64,000 bases of DNA from Candidatus Eiseniibacteriota bacterium (lineage in GTDB: Bacteria > Eisenbacteria > RBG-16-71-46 > CAIMUX01), in assembly GCA_963833505.1 (NCBI GenBank), contig CAWHYG010000007.1, positions 1,641 to 65,640 on the forward strand, in the 5' to 3' direction. The first letter of the stretch is position 1; every line of letters starts with the position of its first letter. Under the pieces are notes generated by a model. It saw nothing but the letters and a program-made list of their open reading frames with translations. It searched no databases and was not told where the DNA came from. Both the position numbers and the translations under genes were made by a program. This document shows positions 48,209-58,310 of the stretch, piece after piece.

Positions 48209-48704
48209 CGAGCGGCTGGCAATGAAAGGGACAATCGTCGCGTCCAGAAGGCGCGCGCCCGCGCCGGGCAGGCGGTCGGTCAAGCTGCTGGAAAGTCGAA
48301 AGAGCGTGCTCTGAAGGGCCAAACCCAGCCAGACCTTTCTCGTGAGCGGACAGCAGATTCTGTCAGGTCGAAACGATCGATCGAACCGCCCAGCCACATG
48401 ATCTCACGAACCGGTGCAACATCGGATCTTCCGGCAAGCGGTGCCGATCGCCCGGCCCGGTCGTCGGGTGCCGTCCTGCGCCGGTCCATGAGGGAGAGCT
48501 TATCAGGCTTACCTCTGGTCCAGAAGCGTATGGAGTGCAGGCAATCGACCCTCGGTTCGGAGAGCCGTTCACACTGAACCCACCCACGCATCTTGAAGCC
48601 GTGGATACAGCATGGCGATTCCGCCAACCACCCCCAGCCTCGTCGTTTCCGACCATCGCGTGATCTTCCCGGCTCGTTCGGCGGCCCTTGGCGCTGAGTG
48701 GAGA

Positions 48705-49428
48705 TCAGCGCACTCGAAAACGCGACACGCCCAGAGATGCCGCCAGGCGGCGGGCCCGCTCGATCTCACCCGCGGTCATGGTGAAGCCCACCACGCTGGC
48801 CTGCACGATGGGAATGTAGGTCTTTGCCCGGGTCAGAAAGTCGAGCAGCGCTTCCCAGAAACGCTCGGGCGACAGCGATCGTCCCGAAGCAGAGGGCAAT
48901 CGAAAGTGACTTTCGAGCTCGAGCGCGTCCGCCTCAGACTCGCCGGGGAGGACGGTCGGGACGGGCTTTTGTTCCGTCCTCACCGGCTCGAAGGATGTGA
49001 CCGGACGGCTCAGTTCCACGTAACGCGCGCAATTCGGGGCGTTCAGCGAGACGGACACCTCGTCCACGGCCCCGGCAAGCTCGGGCAGAACGTCCCGTCC
49101 ATGAATGAGACAGGCATGTCCATTTGTGTTCAACCGCACCCGGCATCCGGCGTCATGAAAGAGGGGAGCGGCCTGCGTGATCAGATCCCACCGGAAGGTC
49201 GGCTCTCCGAATCCGCACCAGAATGATCTCCCGGAACGATCCAGGACCTCCGCGAGCCTGCACGGCGGAACGCAGGTCGTCGAGAGTTGGCTCCTCTCCG
49301 CCATGCAGGGTGGATCCGCCGAGCCCTTCCCGCTGGTAGCGGATGCAGAAGGAGCAGCGGTTCGTGCAACGGTTGGTGACGTTGAGGTAGAGTCTGGTCG
49401 GATCCTCATAGATGTAGGTAGAGTCCAT
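48705..49428 (-). pseudogene. Radical SAM protein (TatD-associated/TIGR04038-like) with internal +1 frameshift
   Basis: N-terminal ORF MDSTYIYEDPTRLYLNVTNRCTNRCSFCIRY...TLDDLRSAV switches near 49255-49265 to the frame of ORF 48705..49409 (…LAEVLDRSGRSFWCGFGEPTFRW…NTNGH…). A single extra base accounts for the shift. Confidence 0.6.
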
Positions 49429-49491
49429 GGGTCAAGTCTACACCGAACCGATCCGCGAAGGGCGAATCAACCCGAGAGGTGCCCGGCTATC

Positions 49492-49971
49492 ATGTCGACG
49501 AGCAAGCGCGCCCCCAAGTATTGGCTGAGCGCCTGGCTGCCGGTGGTTCTCGGGGCCGTTGTCATCGTGCTGGAGTCGACGGAATTCATGAGCGCCGAGC
49601 ACACCAGTGGCCCGCTGCGGTGGCTCTTCGAGGCCGTCTTCGGGCACGTGAACAACGCCCGATGGGAGATCGTGCATCACCTGATCCGCAAGTCCGGGCA
49701 CTTTCTCGGCTATGGGACCATCGGGTTGGCCTGGCTGCGCGCCTGGTGGATGTCCCTGCCCCGCTATGGTTTCTTCCAGGACGCCTTTCTCGCGCTCCTG
49801 GGAACCGCGCTCATGGCGAGCGCCGATGAGTTCCACCAGACCTTCCTGCCAAACCGGACGGGCCGTGCGTTGGACGTGCTGCTGGACTGCTCCGGCGCCG
49901 TCACGTTGCAGCTCGTGGTCTATCTCCTTCTGCGGAGGCGCCTGCGCGACCGGCTGGCTCGTGCTGTCTGA
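49492..49971 (+). CDS. VanZ-family membrane protein
   Basis: ...HHLIRKSGHFLGYGTIGLAW... is a conserved VanZ-like motif, in a ~160-aa protein with 4 TM segments. Confidence 0.65.
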   Translation: MSTSKRAPKYWLSAWLPVVLGAVVIVLESTEFMSAEHTSGPLRWLFEAVFGHVNNARWEIVHHLIRKSGHFLGYGTIGLAWLRAWWMSLPRYGFFQDAFLALLGTALMASADEFHQTFLPNRTGRALDVLLDCSGAVTLQLVVYLLLRRRLRDRLARAV

Positions 49972-49974
49972 GTA

Positions 49975-50190
49975 TCATCTTGTAATAGGTGCCCGCGCGT
50001 ACGCGGACCGGACCACGGCCATCAGATCGTCGATCGGCGCGTTCTTGCTGATGTAGTCCACGGCGCCGGCCTCGCGCATCCTCTGGCCGAGCTCGCCCTC
50101 CTCCTTCGAATGTCCCAGCGCCGGACCCGTCGTCGTCGAGGTCCTCGATGTCGGTGGTCGCGTGGTTCGCCGCCTGCTGGATGGCTTCAT
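49975..50190 (-). pseudogene. Orphan fragment resembling the C-terminal end of a receiver (REC) domain
   Basis: ...MREAGAVDYISKNAPIDDLMAVVRSAY... with no upstream REC portion. Confidence 0.3.
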
Positions 50191-50331
50191 GACAGCCGGC
50201 CGTCATTCCATCGTCTGGGACGGGCGAGACGATGCGGGCCGTGACGTCGCGTCCGGGGTCCACCTGGCTCGCGTCTCGGCGGCTTCCGGGACGAGGACGG
50301 CGAGGATCGTGGTCTTGAAGTGAGATCCGGG
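50110..50331 (+). pseudogene. Orphan FlgD-Ig/T9SS-like C-terminal sorting-domain fragment
   Basis: + strand reads PVVVEVLDVGGRVVRRLLDGFMTAGRHSIVWDGRDDAGRDVASGVHLARVSAASGTRTARIVVLK*. This matches the CTDs of the FG-GAP and BNR proteins in this window, but no upstream passenger domain is present. Confidence 0.5.
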
Positions 50332-50536
50332 CAGGTGAGGCGCCCGGCGGAGCCGGAACGGCGGGAGCGGGCGGGGGAGTCCCGAAGTGTGCCACGGCGG
50401 TCCTGGACCGTGCCCCGGTGAGCCATTCCGGTGGACAGGGACGTCCTGAGGACATAGTGTCATGTGGGGATGCTGCTGCCGAGAGGGACATCAGCGACCT
50501 TGTGACCCAATAATCCAGGAAAGTCAGGTGACACCT

Positions 50537-50764
50537 ATGGCGATGACTCAGGGAGATGCTGTAACCAACGCCAAATGCCCGGATTGGGGCACGGGGGTGA
50601 TTCTCTCCATCGGGGCGACTTCAGTCGAAGTCCGGTTCCCGGTGGTCGGCCAGAAGCGTCTTCGGATGGAAGTGCTCGTCCGCTCTTCCGAACCGGCGCC
50701 GACCTTCGCCAAGGCGGGCAAGAAAACGGACACCGCGGCTAAACGGACCAAGCAGGCCCGCTGA
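50537..50764 (+). CDS. Small DUF3553-like protein
   Basis: ...KCPDWGTGVILSIGATSVEVRFPVVGQKRLRMEVL.... Start ambiguous (Met 50537 or 50543). Confidence 0.4.
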   Translation: MAMTQGDAVTNAKCPDWGTGVILSIGATSVEVRFPVVGQKRLRMEVLVRSSEPAPTFAKAGKKTDTAAKRTKQAR

Positions 50765-51054
50765 GAACGCGTCATCGTTGCAGCCCTGAGCCCGAACGAG
50801 GACTGAGGACTACGGCCCCCCGCCTTGCGACCCGATCCGCGAATTGCCGCGGGCGATAGATTGCCGGCAGACTGAGGTGAACAGGCGATCTCCTGTCCAT
50901 CGGGGAAATCCTCCCTGATCACCTTCCGGGACGGCCGCATTCGCCAGGATGAGCCGTGTCGTCGCGGCTCCAGGCTGCGGACGTGCTCAAGACCATGCCG
51001 ATCCTCGAGGACCAGCCGGAGGCGAACGAAACCAACGTGGATCGTAGGTCATGA

Positions 51055-51885
51055 TCACCGGGCGGCCCGGCCGGCTGATCCGGCCTCAAGTCTGGCCCGA
51101 AGTTCTCGCTTGTCGGTCCTTGCGAGCTCCGCTCGCAGCCATCGCCCCGCAGCCCGGTTCTTCCGCTGGAGATCTTCCGGGTCGCGGACGTAGGAGAGCC
51201 GGGTGAATCTCCGCATCACGGCCGGCGGCAGCTCGTAGTGCACGTAGCGGGAACCGAAGTCGTAGTGCAACGGAGCATAGCGCATCCGTAGCACCTCGAG
51301 CAGCGTGTCCAGGATCACCCTGCGGTAGTTGTCGATCGCCTCGATGTCGTTTCCGCGCTGGATCTCCTTTTGGACGAAGCAGCCAAACATTCGATGGCGC
51401 AGGGACAGCCGCTCCCGGCGGGCCTGGATCCGGTTCAAGAAAGCGGGGCCGTCGATCGGGCGGGCGACGCCGACCTTCGATTTGTCAAACAAGAACACCG
51501 GTGGACCGTGCACCGCCGGGTCGAGGTACTTGTCCTCGGCGCTGTGCTTGAACACCGCCAGATCGACGATCAGATACGGGCTGGCGCCGCGCAGGCGATA
51601 GAAAGCCTGCTGATAATTGTGTTCCGCGGGAAAGGGAATGGACACCTTGAGCTCGATCGGCGAGAGCGCGACCAGGGCGCGTTCGACGGCGGGGAACACC
51701 TCGTGCACCCGTGGATCGTCGGCGTCGGCATTCAGATCGATGTCGGACCAGCGGTCGATCCGGCCCCAGCTCGCGGCTCCGGCTTCCCACAGCGCGTGCA
51801 CGAAATCCAGCGGCCGCAGCGCCTGGGTGATCGCCTGGGTCACATCCGTTCGCTGCGGCGTGTGTTTCCTCACCATGGCGCGCAT
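51055..51885 (-). CDS. Nucleotidyltransferase-domain protein (aminoglycoside/antibiotic adenylyltransferase-like)
   Basis: ...ALWEAGAASWGRIDRWSDIDLN... G[S/A]...D.D nucleotidyltransferase signature. The size (~277 aa) is similar to ANT(6)/LinB-type enzymes. Confidence 0.5.
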   Translation of the reverse strand: MRAMVRKHTPQRTDVTQAITQALRPLDFVHALWEAGAASWGRIDRWSDIDLNADADDPRVHEVFPAVERALVALSPIELKVSIPFPAEHNYQQAFYRLRGASPYLIVDLAVFKHSAEDKYLDPAVHGPPVFLFDKSKVGVARPIDGPAFLNRIQARRERLSLRHRMFGCFVQKEIQRGNDIEAIDNYRRVILDTLLEVLRMRYAPLHYDFGSRYVHYELPPAVMRRFTRLSYVRDPEDLQRKNRAAGRWLRAELARTDKRELRARLEAGSAGRAAR

Positions 51886-52293
51886 TGTGGATGAATTTGG
51901 AAAGTGCGGCAACCGTTCTCATAGGGTCGTGAAGCGCAGGCAGGGGTCCTTCCCAACCCGGCGCGGGACCGATCACCATTCGATTCGCCTTGCCTCAGGC
52001 CGGCCTGGTCCGTCTGCGGGAGAATGGTGCCAGCCTGAGGAGTCGCCCCATCGTCGTGCGATGACAGCGAAGCCTGTGCCGTCTCTTGACTCGTCCCTGA
52101 TGTGAGAGCAGCCTGGATGGGCCGAAGCCCGGCGACCTCCCGCCGTCGTGGTCTGGTCGGCGTTATGGCTTGTACGTCCTCGGAGCAACGCTTCAAGGAG
52201 GCGTCCATGCTGGCGATCAAGTCCTCGATCGTATGTCGATCCGTAGTCACATTGGTCATGCGTACGGTAGGTCGATCCAGAAACAACCGGGTC

Positions 52294-55200
52294 ATGCGTG
52301 TGCTGCCGGTTGTCTTCCTCGTCGGGAGCGCCGTTTCGGCCGATTCTCCGGCGAGAGCAGAGCTCCTCATGGCGGCTCCGTTCCTTTCCTATGACGCGGG
52401 AGGTGGACCCTGTTCCGTCGCCGTCGGAGACTTGAACGGGGACGGGAAGCCGGATCTGGCGGTGGCAAACAACAGCGACAGCACGGTGTCGATTCTCCTG
52501 GGCAACGGGGACGGGACATTCGGGGAGAAACACGACTTCCCGACGGGGAGCGGTCCCTATTCCGTGTCCATCGGGGATTTGAACGGGGACGGGAAGCCGG
52601 ATCTGGCGGTGGCGAACAACGGCGACAACACGGTTTCGATTCTCCCGGGCAACGGGGACGGGACATTCGAGGCGAGGACCGACTACGGAGCCGGGAGCTC
52701 TCCCGAGTTCGTGGCCATCGGAGACTTGAACGGGGACGGGAAGCCGGACCTGGCCGTGGCCAACCTGAATTCCCGGACGGTATCGGTGTTCCTGGGCAAC
52801 GGGGATGGGACCTTCGGGGCGAAGAACGACTACGGAGCGGAAAGCAGTCCCACTTCCGTGGCCATCGGGGACCTGAACGGGGACGGGAAGCCCGACCTGG
52901 TGGTCGCGAATTCGAACTGCTGCTACCCCGGCTCCAACGCGGTGTCGGTGATGTTGGGCAACGGGGATGGGACCTTTGGGACCAGGCACGACTATGGAAC
53001 GGGGCTCTGGCCGCTCTCCGTGGCCATCGGGGACTTGAACGGGGATGGGAAGCCGGACCTGGCGCTGGCGAACAACGGGGACAAGACAGTGTCCGTGCTG
53101 TTGGGCAACGGGGACGGGACCTTCGGCGTGAGGCACGACTACGGAACCGGGGGCAGTCCCTCTTCCGTGGCCATCGGGGATTTGAACGGGGACGGGAAAC
53201 CGGACCTGGCTGCGTCGAACTTCGGACCCAACACGGTGTCTGTGTTCCTGGGCAACGGGGACGGGACTCTTGGGGCGGCCAACGACTACGGAACCGGGAC
53301 GAAGCCCAGTTCCGTGGTCATCTGGGACTTGAACGGGGACGGGAAGCCGGACCTGGCCGTGGCGAATGAGTCGTCGAGTACGGTGTCTGTGATGCCGGGC
53401 AACGGGAACGGAACCTTCGGGGCGAAGAACGCTTACGGGACGGGAACCGGCCCCACCTTCGTGGCCATCGGAGACTTGAACAGCGACGGGAAGTCGGACC
53501 TGGCTGCGACGAACTACAGCCCCAGCACCGTGTCGGTGCTGGTGGGCAACGGAGACGGGACCTTCGGGGCGAAGAACGACTACGGAACCGGGATGGACCC
53601 CAGTTGCGTGGCCATCGGGGACTTGAACAGGGACGGGAATCCGGACCTGGCCGTGACGAACTCCGGCTCCAGCACGGTGTCGGTGCTGCTGGGCAACGGG
53701 GACGGGACCCTCACAGGGAAGAACGACTACGGAACCGGGAGCCGTCCCCAGTCCGTGGCCATCGGAGACTTGAACGGGGACGGGAAGCCGGACCTGGCCG
53801 TGGCGAACTCCGGCTCCAACACGGTGTCGGTGCTGGTGGGCAACGGGGACGGGACCTTCGGGGCGAAGCACGACTACGGAACCGGGAGCGCTCCGAGTTC
53901 CGTGGCGATCGGGGATTTGAACGGGGATGGAAACCTGGACCTGGCCGTGGCGAACGATGGCGCCAACACGGTGTCGATCCTTCTGGGCAACGGAGATGGG
54001 ACGTTCGGGACGAAGAACGACTACGGAACAGGGAGCGGTCCGGCTTCCGTGGCCGTCGGAGACTTGAACGAGGACGGGAAGCCGGACCTGGCCGTCGCGA
54101 ACTACGGCTCCAACACAGTGTCGGTGCTGCTGGGCGACGGGGATGGGACCTTCGAGGCGAAAAGTGACTTCGAAACACTGCACAAGCCACATTCCGTGGC
54201 GATCGGAGACTTGAACGGGGACGGGAAACTGGATCTGGCCGCGGCGAGCCCCCAATCCAACGCCGCATCGGTGCTGCTGGGCAACGGGGACGGAACCTTC
54301 GGAGCGAAGCACGACTACGGAACAGGGAGCGAGCCCTTTGCTGTGGCCATCGGGGACTTGAACGGGGATGGGAATCCGGACCTGGCCGCGGCGAACAATG
54401 GCTCCAGCACGGTTTCGGCGCTGCTCAACATCGGACCCGGTTCCGGATGCCTCCATCCGTTCAACGCCGTGTGTCCCGCGAATGCCGACTCCTTGCACAC
54501 CACCCAGCCGGAGTTGCGGTGGAGCGGCACGCCCGGCTGCGCCGGCTCGGAGCAATACACGGTGTTCTGGGAGCGCGGGCCTGGATTCACCGAGGCAGAC
54601 TCCGCGACCGCCGGCGCCGACACGTTCTTCGTGTTCCCGCCCGACTCCTTGAAGACGCACCAGCTTTACTACTGGCGAATCGTGGCTCGCGATGGACAGG
54701 GACACGTCGTCCGGTCGGATCCACAGGCGGGCGATTGGTTCTACATCATCGACGACAGCACGCCGGTGCTTTTGGAACCGGCCGTCGCAGCTCAGCAGGA
54801 TGGGATCATGGTTTCCTGGAAGATCGCTGATGGAGCCGGCTTGACTGGATTCAAGATCTACCGGCGCGTCGACGCGGCGCAGGGAGCGGCTGCCGAGTGG
54901 ACCTGCATCGCCCCGAGCGTTCCGAGCTGTGGGCAGTCCTGCCGGTACCTGGATAGCGGCGTCGATCCCGGCGTTCGATACGACTACGAGGTCGAGGCCT
55001 TTGGTCCGACAGGCTCGATCGGCCGGTTCGGCCCGGTGTCCGCGCAGGCGGCGACTGTGAGTCTGGCGCTCAGGGTGCTGCCGAACCCGGGAACGGGCGT
55101 GATGACCCTGTCCCTGGGCTTGCCGAAGAGCGGGGACGTGATCCTCCGCGTCTTCGACTCGGCCGGACGCGAGGTCTCGCGGGACTTCCTTGCCGGGCTG

Positions 55201-55332
55201 AAGGCCGGAGTGCGGCAGGAGAGGTGGGACGTTCGCGATCGCCTGGGCCATCCGCTACCGAGCGGCAGCTACTACGTGCGGTTGGAGGCGCCGTCCGGAC
55301 AGAGGCTCGCCAGGTGGTTGGTGTTGAGGTAG
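52294..55332 (+). CDS. Secreted FG-GAP/VCBS-like repeat protein with FlgD-Ig/T9SS-like C-terminal domain
   Basis: Signal peptide MRVLPVVFLVGSAVSA. About 14 tandem 48-aa units GDLNGDGKPDLAVAN...TVSVLLGNGDGTFGAKNDYGTGS.P.SVAI. C-terminal ...LRVLPNPGTGVMTLSLGLP...ILRVFDSAGREV...SGSYYVRLEAPSGQRLARWLVLR. Confidence 0.85.
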   Translation: MRVLPVVFLVGSAVSADSPARAELLMAAPFLSYDAGGGPCSVAVGDLNGDGKPDLAVANNSDSTVSILLGNGDGTFGEKHDFPTGSGPYSVSIGDLNGDGKPDLAVANNGDNTVSILPGNGDGTFEARTDYGAGSSPEFVAIGDLNGDGKPDLAVANLNSRTVSVFLGNGDGTFGAKNDYGAESSPTSVAIGDLNGDGKPDLVVANSNCCYPGSNAVSVMLGNGDGTFGTRHDYGTGLWPLSVAIGDLNGDGKPDLALANNGDKTVSVLLGNGDGTFGVRHDYGTGGSPSSVAIGDLNGDGKPDLAASNFGPNTVSVFLGNGDGTLGAANDYGTGTKPSSVVIWDLNGDGKPDLAVANESSSTVSVMPGNGNGTFGAKNAYGTGTGPTFVAIGDLNSDGKSDLAATNYSPSTVSVLVGNGDGTFGAKNDYGTGMDPSCVAIGDLNRDGNPDLAVTNSGSSTVSVLLGNGDGTLTGKNDYGTGSRPQSVAIGDLNGDGKPDLAVANSGSNTVSVLVGNGDGTFGAKHDYGTGSAPSSVAIGDLNGDGNLDLAVANDGANTVSILLGNGDGTFGTKNDYGTGSGPASVAVGDLNEDGKPDLAVANYGSNTVSVLLGDGDGTFEAKSDFETLHKPHSVAIGDLNGDGKLDLAAASPQSNAASVLLGNGDGTFGAKHDYGTGSEPFAVAIGDLNGDGNPDLAAANNGSSTVSALLNIGPGSGCLHPFNAVCPANADSLHTTQPELRWSGTPGCAGSEQYTVFWERGPGFTEADSATAGADTFFVFPPDSLKTHQLYYWRIVARDGQGHVVRSDPQAGDWFYIIDDSTPVLLEPAVAAQQDGIMVSWKIADGAGLTGFKIYRRVDAAQGAAAEWTCIAPSVPSCGQSCRYLDSGVDPGVRYDYEVEAFGPTGSIGRFGPVSAQAATVSLALRVLPNPGTGVMTLSLGLPKSGDVILRVFDSAGREVSRDFLAGLKAGVRQERWDVRDRLGHPLPSGSYYVRLEAPSGQRLARWLVLR
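52420..54420 (+). repeat. ~14 tandem 144-bp coding repeats (FG-GAP units) inside the 52294..55332 gene
   Basis: The strings gacttgaacggggacgggaagccggacctggc and ctgggcaacggggacgggaccttcgg recur at ~144-bp period. Confidence 0.85.
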
Positions 55333-55439
55333 CGACAAGAGCGATTCTGATGTCCTCGCTTGCGACAGCCAAACGTCGTATAATGAGTCTGGGTACGTCT
55401 ACCGCTTGAGAGTCCCCCAACAGCCCATGGAGGTCCACA

Positions 55440-58271
55440 TTGCGCCGGGCTAAGCCGTTCTCCAGGCATGGTTCCCTTGTCCTCGGTGTCGGATTCGCGT
55501 TTGTCCTTGGCCTCGCCGCAGCCGTCGGACTCGCCCGGGCGGGCGAGCCCAAAGGTGATCCCGACCAGGAAGGCCCGCCGCAGCACATCACGCCGGACGA
55601 GCTTCTCCGACGGGCGGTCCGCGGGGCCGAGCAGGCCCCGATCGGGCCGATCCTGACGCGGCCGCAGACGGGCGCGCCCGGAGGGGTCAACTGGACCTTC
55701 CTCGGCCCGCAACCGATCACGAACGAATACTGGTCGGGCAACGCCGACGCTTCCGGCCGTGTCTCCGCGGTGATCGCCGATCCACGCAATCCCGCCCGGG
55801 TCTACCTGGCCGCGGCCCAGGGGGGCGTGTGGAAGAGCACTGACACCGGCGTCACCTGGACGCCGATGGGCGACGGTCTCTCCTCGCTGGCTTCCGGCTC
55901 GATCGCCTTCGATCCCGCCAATCCCGACGTGATCTACTACGGCACGGGCGAGCAGCACTACTCCGGGGACAGCTTCTACGGCGACGGGCTATTCCGCAGC
56001 GCCGACCAGGCCGTGACCTGGAGCAAGATCGCCACCACCACCGAGGTCGGCTCCTACATCGCCCGCGTGCTCGTGCAGCCGGGCAGCACCGGCGTCATCC
56101 TTGTCGCCAGCGACATGGGGATCGTGCGGAGCACCGACGGCGGCAACAGCTGGGCCGTGGCCCTTTCGGGCAACTGGGGCAACGATCTGGGCATCGATCC
56201 CATCACACCGACGAACTTCTACGCCTCCGTCTACGGTCAGGGGATCTATGAGTCGACGGACAGCGGCGCCACCTGGGCGCTGCTTTCCGGCGGCCTTCCG
56301 GTCAGCGGGTTCGCCCGCATCAACTTCGCCGTCGGCCACGCCCAGCCGCAGAACAACGTGGTCCTCTACGCCGGCTTCCTGACCGCCGAAGGCAACCTCT
56401 ACGGGATGTACAAGTCGGTCAACGGCGGCGTCGCCTGGACGCAGCTTCCGTCGACCCCGAACTACCCCAACGGCCAGGGGTGGTATGACAACACGGTGGT
56501 TATCGATCCGTCGTCCGCCGATGCCAGCGTCTGCCTCGCCGGCGGGGTTTTCCCCTACCAGCTGGGCTACTACGGGGTCGTCCGCACCACCGACGGCGGC
56601 GCGACCTGGACCGACGTCACCATCGGCATCGACGGCAGCCAGGTGCACCCGGACCAGCACTTCCTCTCCTACGGACCCGACGACCGGCTCTGGTTGGGGA
56701 ACGACGGCGGAGTCTGGAACTCCACCGACAACGGCGATCACTGGACCGACTGCAACCACACTCTCGCCATCACGCAGTTCTACACCGCCGGACTCCATCC
56801 CAGCAATCCGGACTTCATGCTCGGCGGCAACCAGGACAACGGGACCGTTCGCTACGACGGCAACCTGGCCTGGCCGCAGCTGGACTCGGGCGACGGCGGC
56901 CCCTGCCCGGTGGAGGTGAACAGCTCGAACTACTACTACTCGTCCTACGTCCTGCTCGATCCGCTCAGCAAGTGGTACAACGGGAACTACCTGGGCAACT
57001 ACACGGGTCCCTGGCTCGGCGACCGCGTGAGCTGGGCCAACGCGCCCTGCTTCGCCGATCCGAACGGCGCCCACACCATCCTTGCCGGCACCCATCGCGT
57101 CTGGCGTACGACCAACGGCGGAAGCAACTGGACGGCGATCAGCGGCGATCTGGCCGCGCCCGATGGCTACCTTCTTTCGTTGGCGGTGGCCCACGGCGCA
57201 TCCAACACGCTCTACAGCGGGAGCAGCAACGGCCTGGTCTACGTCACCACGGACGCTGTCACCTGGAATCCTCGCGATAACGGTATCCCGGCGGCCGCGA
57301 TCCCGAGTATCTGCGTCGATCCTTCGAACTGGCAGACCGCCTATCTCTGCGTCACCGCGCCTTCGGGAGGGCGGGTCTACCGGACGCCGAACGCCGGCGT
57401 CACCTGGACGTCGATCACCGGCGATCTTCCCACCGGTGTAAGGGGGATGTCGCTCGCGGTCGACTTCCGGGTCCATCCCAGCCGGCTCTATCTCGGTACG
57501 GACTACGGAGTCTACATGTCCATCAACGGCGGCGTGAACTGGGTCAAGACCGCCGGCATTCCGAGCCTGGCCATGTTCAACCTCTGGATCGATGTCGCCA
57601 ACAGCTACCTGGTGGCGGCCAGCCACGGACGCGGCATGTGGCGCGCCCCGCTGGATGTAACGCCGCCGGCGGTGGCCGTGACCTCGCCGGTCGGCGGGGA
57701 GATCTGGAACATCGGCAGCGACCAGAACATCACCTGGACCGCAACCGACCCCTCCGGGGTCGACTCCGTCTCCATCCGGCTCTCGCGCGACGGCGGGATC
57801 TCCTACCCCACGATCATCGCGCAAGGGGTGTCCAACACCGGGACGTATCCCTGGATTGTTGCCGGCCCGGCCTCCACGACCTGCCGGGTTCAGGTGACAG
57901 CCTACGATCTCGCGGGGAATCATGGGGCCGGAAACAGCCCGGCGAACTTCACCATCGCCGACACCACGACCGTGGGCGTGCCGCTCTCGGCCGCAAGTGG
58001 CGGGACGCGGCTGCAGGTGGTCAATCCGTTCCGTCCGCCAGCCGTCATCCGGTACCGGCTGCCGCAGCAACGGGCCGTACAGGTGGAGATCCTCGATCCC
58101 GCCGGCCGCTGCGTGGCGCACCTGGAGAGCGGCGTGCACGATGCCGGCAGCTACCAGATTGAGTGGAAGGGTCAGGATGACGCCGGCCGCAACCTGCCCG
58201 CCGGCGCGTATTTCTGCCGCATGACCGTGGGCGGGCAGACCCTGGTCAGGCGGTTGGCCCTGCTGAGGTGA
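55440..58271 (+). CDS. Secreted BNR/Asp-box repeat beta-propeller protein (sortilin/GH74-like) with FlgD-Ig/T9SS-like C-terminal domain
   Basis: Signal/TM anchor. Multiple S-x-D-x-G-x-T-W boxes (STDTGVTW, STDGGNSW, STDSGATW, TTDGGATW, STDNGDHW, TTNGGSNW). C-terminal ...VNPFRPPAVIRYRLP...VEILDPAGRCV...AGAYFCRMTVGGQTLVRRLALLR. Confidence 0.85.
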   Translation: MRRAKPFSRHGSLVLGVGFAFVLGLAAAVGLARAGEPKGDPDQEGPPQHITPDELLRRAVRGAEQAPIGPILTRPQTGAPGGVNWTFLGPQPITNEYWSGNADASGRVSAVIADPRNPARVYLAAAQGGVWKSTDTGVTWTPMGDGLSSLASGSIAFDPANPDVIYYGTGEQHYSGDSFYGDGLFRSADQAVTWSKIATTTEVGSYIARVLVQPGSTGVILVASDMGIVRSTDGGNSWAVALSGNWGNDLGIDPITPTNFYASVYGQGIYESTDSGATWALLSGGLPVSGFARINFAVGHAQPQNNVVLYAGFLTAEGNLYGMYKSVNGGVAWTQLPSTPNYPNGQGWYDNTVVIDPSSADASVCLAGGVFPYQLGYYGVVRTTDGGATWTDVTIGIDGSQVHPDQHFLSYGPDDRLWLGNDGGVWNSTDNGDHWTDCNHTLAITQFYTAGLHPSNPDFMLGGNQDNGTVRYDGNLAWPQLDSGDGGPCPVEVNSSNYYYSSYVLLDPLSKWYNGNYLGNYTGPWLGDRVSWANAPCFADPNGAHTILAGTHRVWRTTNGGSNWTAISGDLAAPDGYLLSLAVAHGASNTLYSGSSNGLVYVTTDAVTWNPRDNGIPAAAIPSICVDPSNWQTAYLCVTAPSGGRVYRTPNAGVTWTSITGDLPTGVRGMSLAVDFRVHPSRLYLGTDYGVYMSINGGVNWVKTAGIPSLAMFNLWIDVANSYLVAASHGRGMWRAPLDVTPPAVAVTSPVGGEIWNIGSDQNITWTATDPSGVDSVSIRLSRDGGISYPTIIAQGVSNTGTYPWIVAGPASTTCRVQVTAYDLAGNHGAGNSPANFTIADTTTVGVPLSAASGGTRLQVVNPFRPPAVIRYRLPQQRAVQVEILDPAGRCVAHLESGVHDAGSYQIEWKGQDDAGRNLPAGAYFCRMTVGGQTLVRRLALLR

Positions 58272-58279
58272 ACCGGGGG

Positions 58280-58307
58280 CATGCGCCGGCGCAGTCACCG
58301 GCGCATG
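58280..58307. terminator. GC-rich hairpin between convergent genes (candidate bidirectional terminator)
   Basis: catgcgccgg cgcagtca ccggcgcatg: 10-bp perfect stem immediately after the stop at 58271 and before the minus-strand ORF end at 58311. No U-tract. Confidence 0.4.
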
Positions 58308-58310
58308 GCC

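Noticed and set aside
51973-58298. Very long minus-strand ORFs (1092 aa and 769 aa)
   Set aside because: Both are antisense to the FG-GAP and BNR repeat genes. The repetitive Gly/Asp-rich codons yield long open antisense frames (VPV.QHRHRVGA... periodicity), and there is no independent support.
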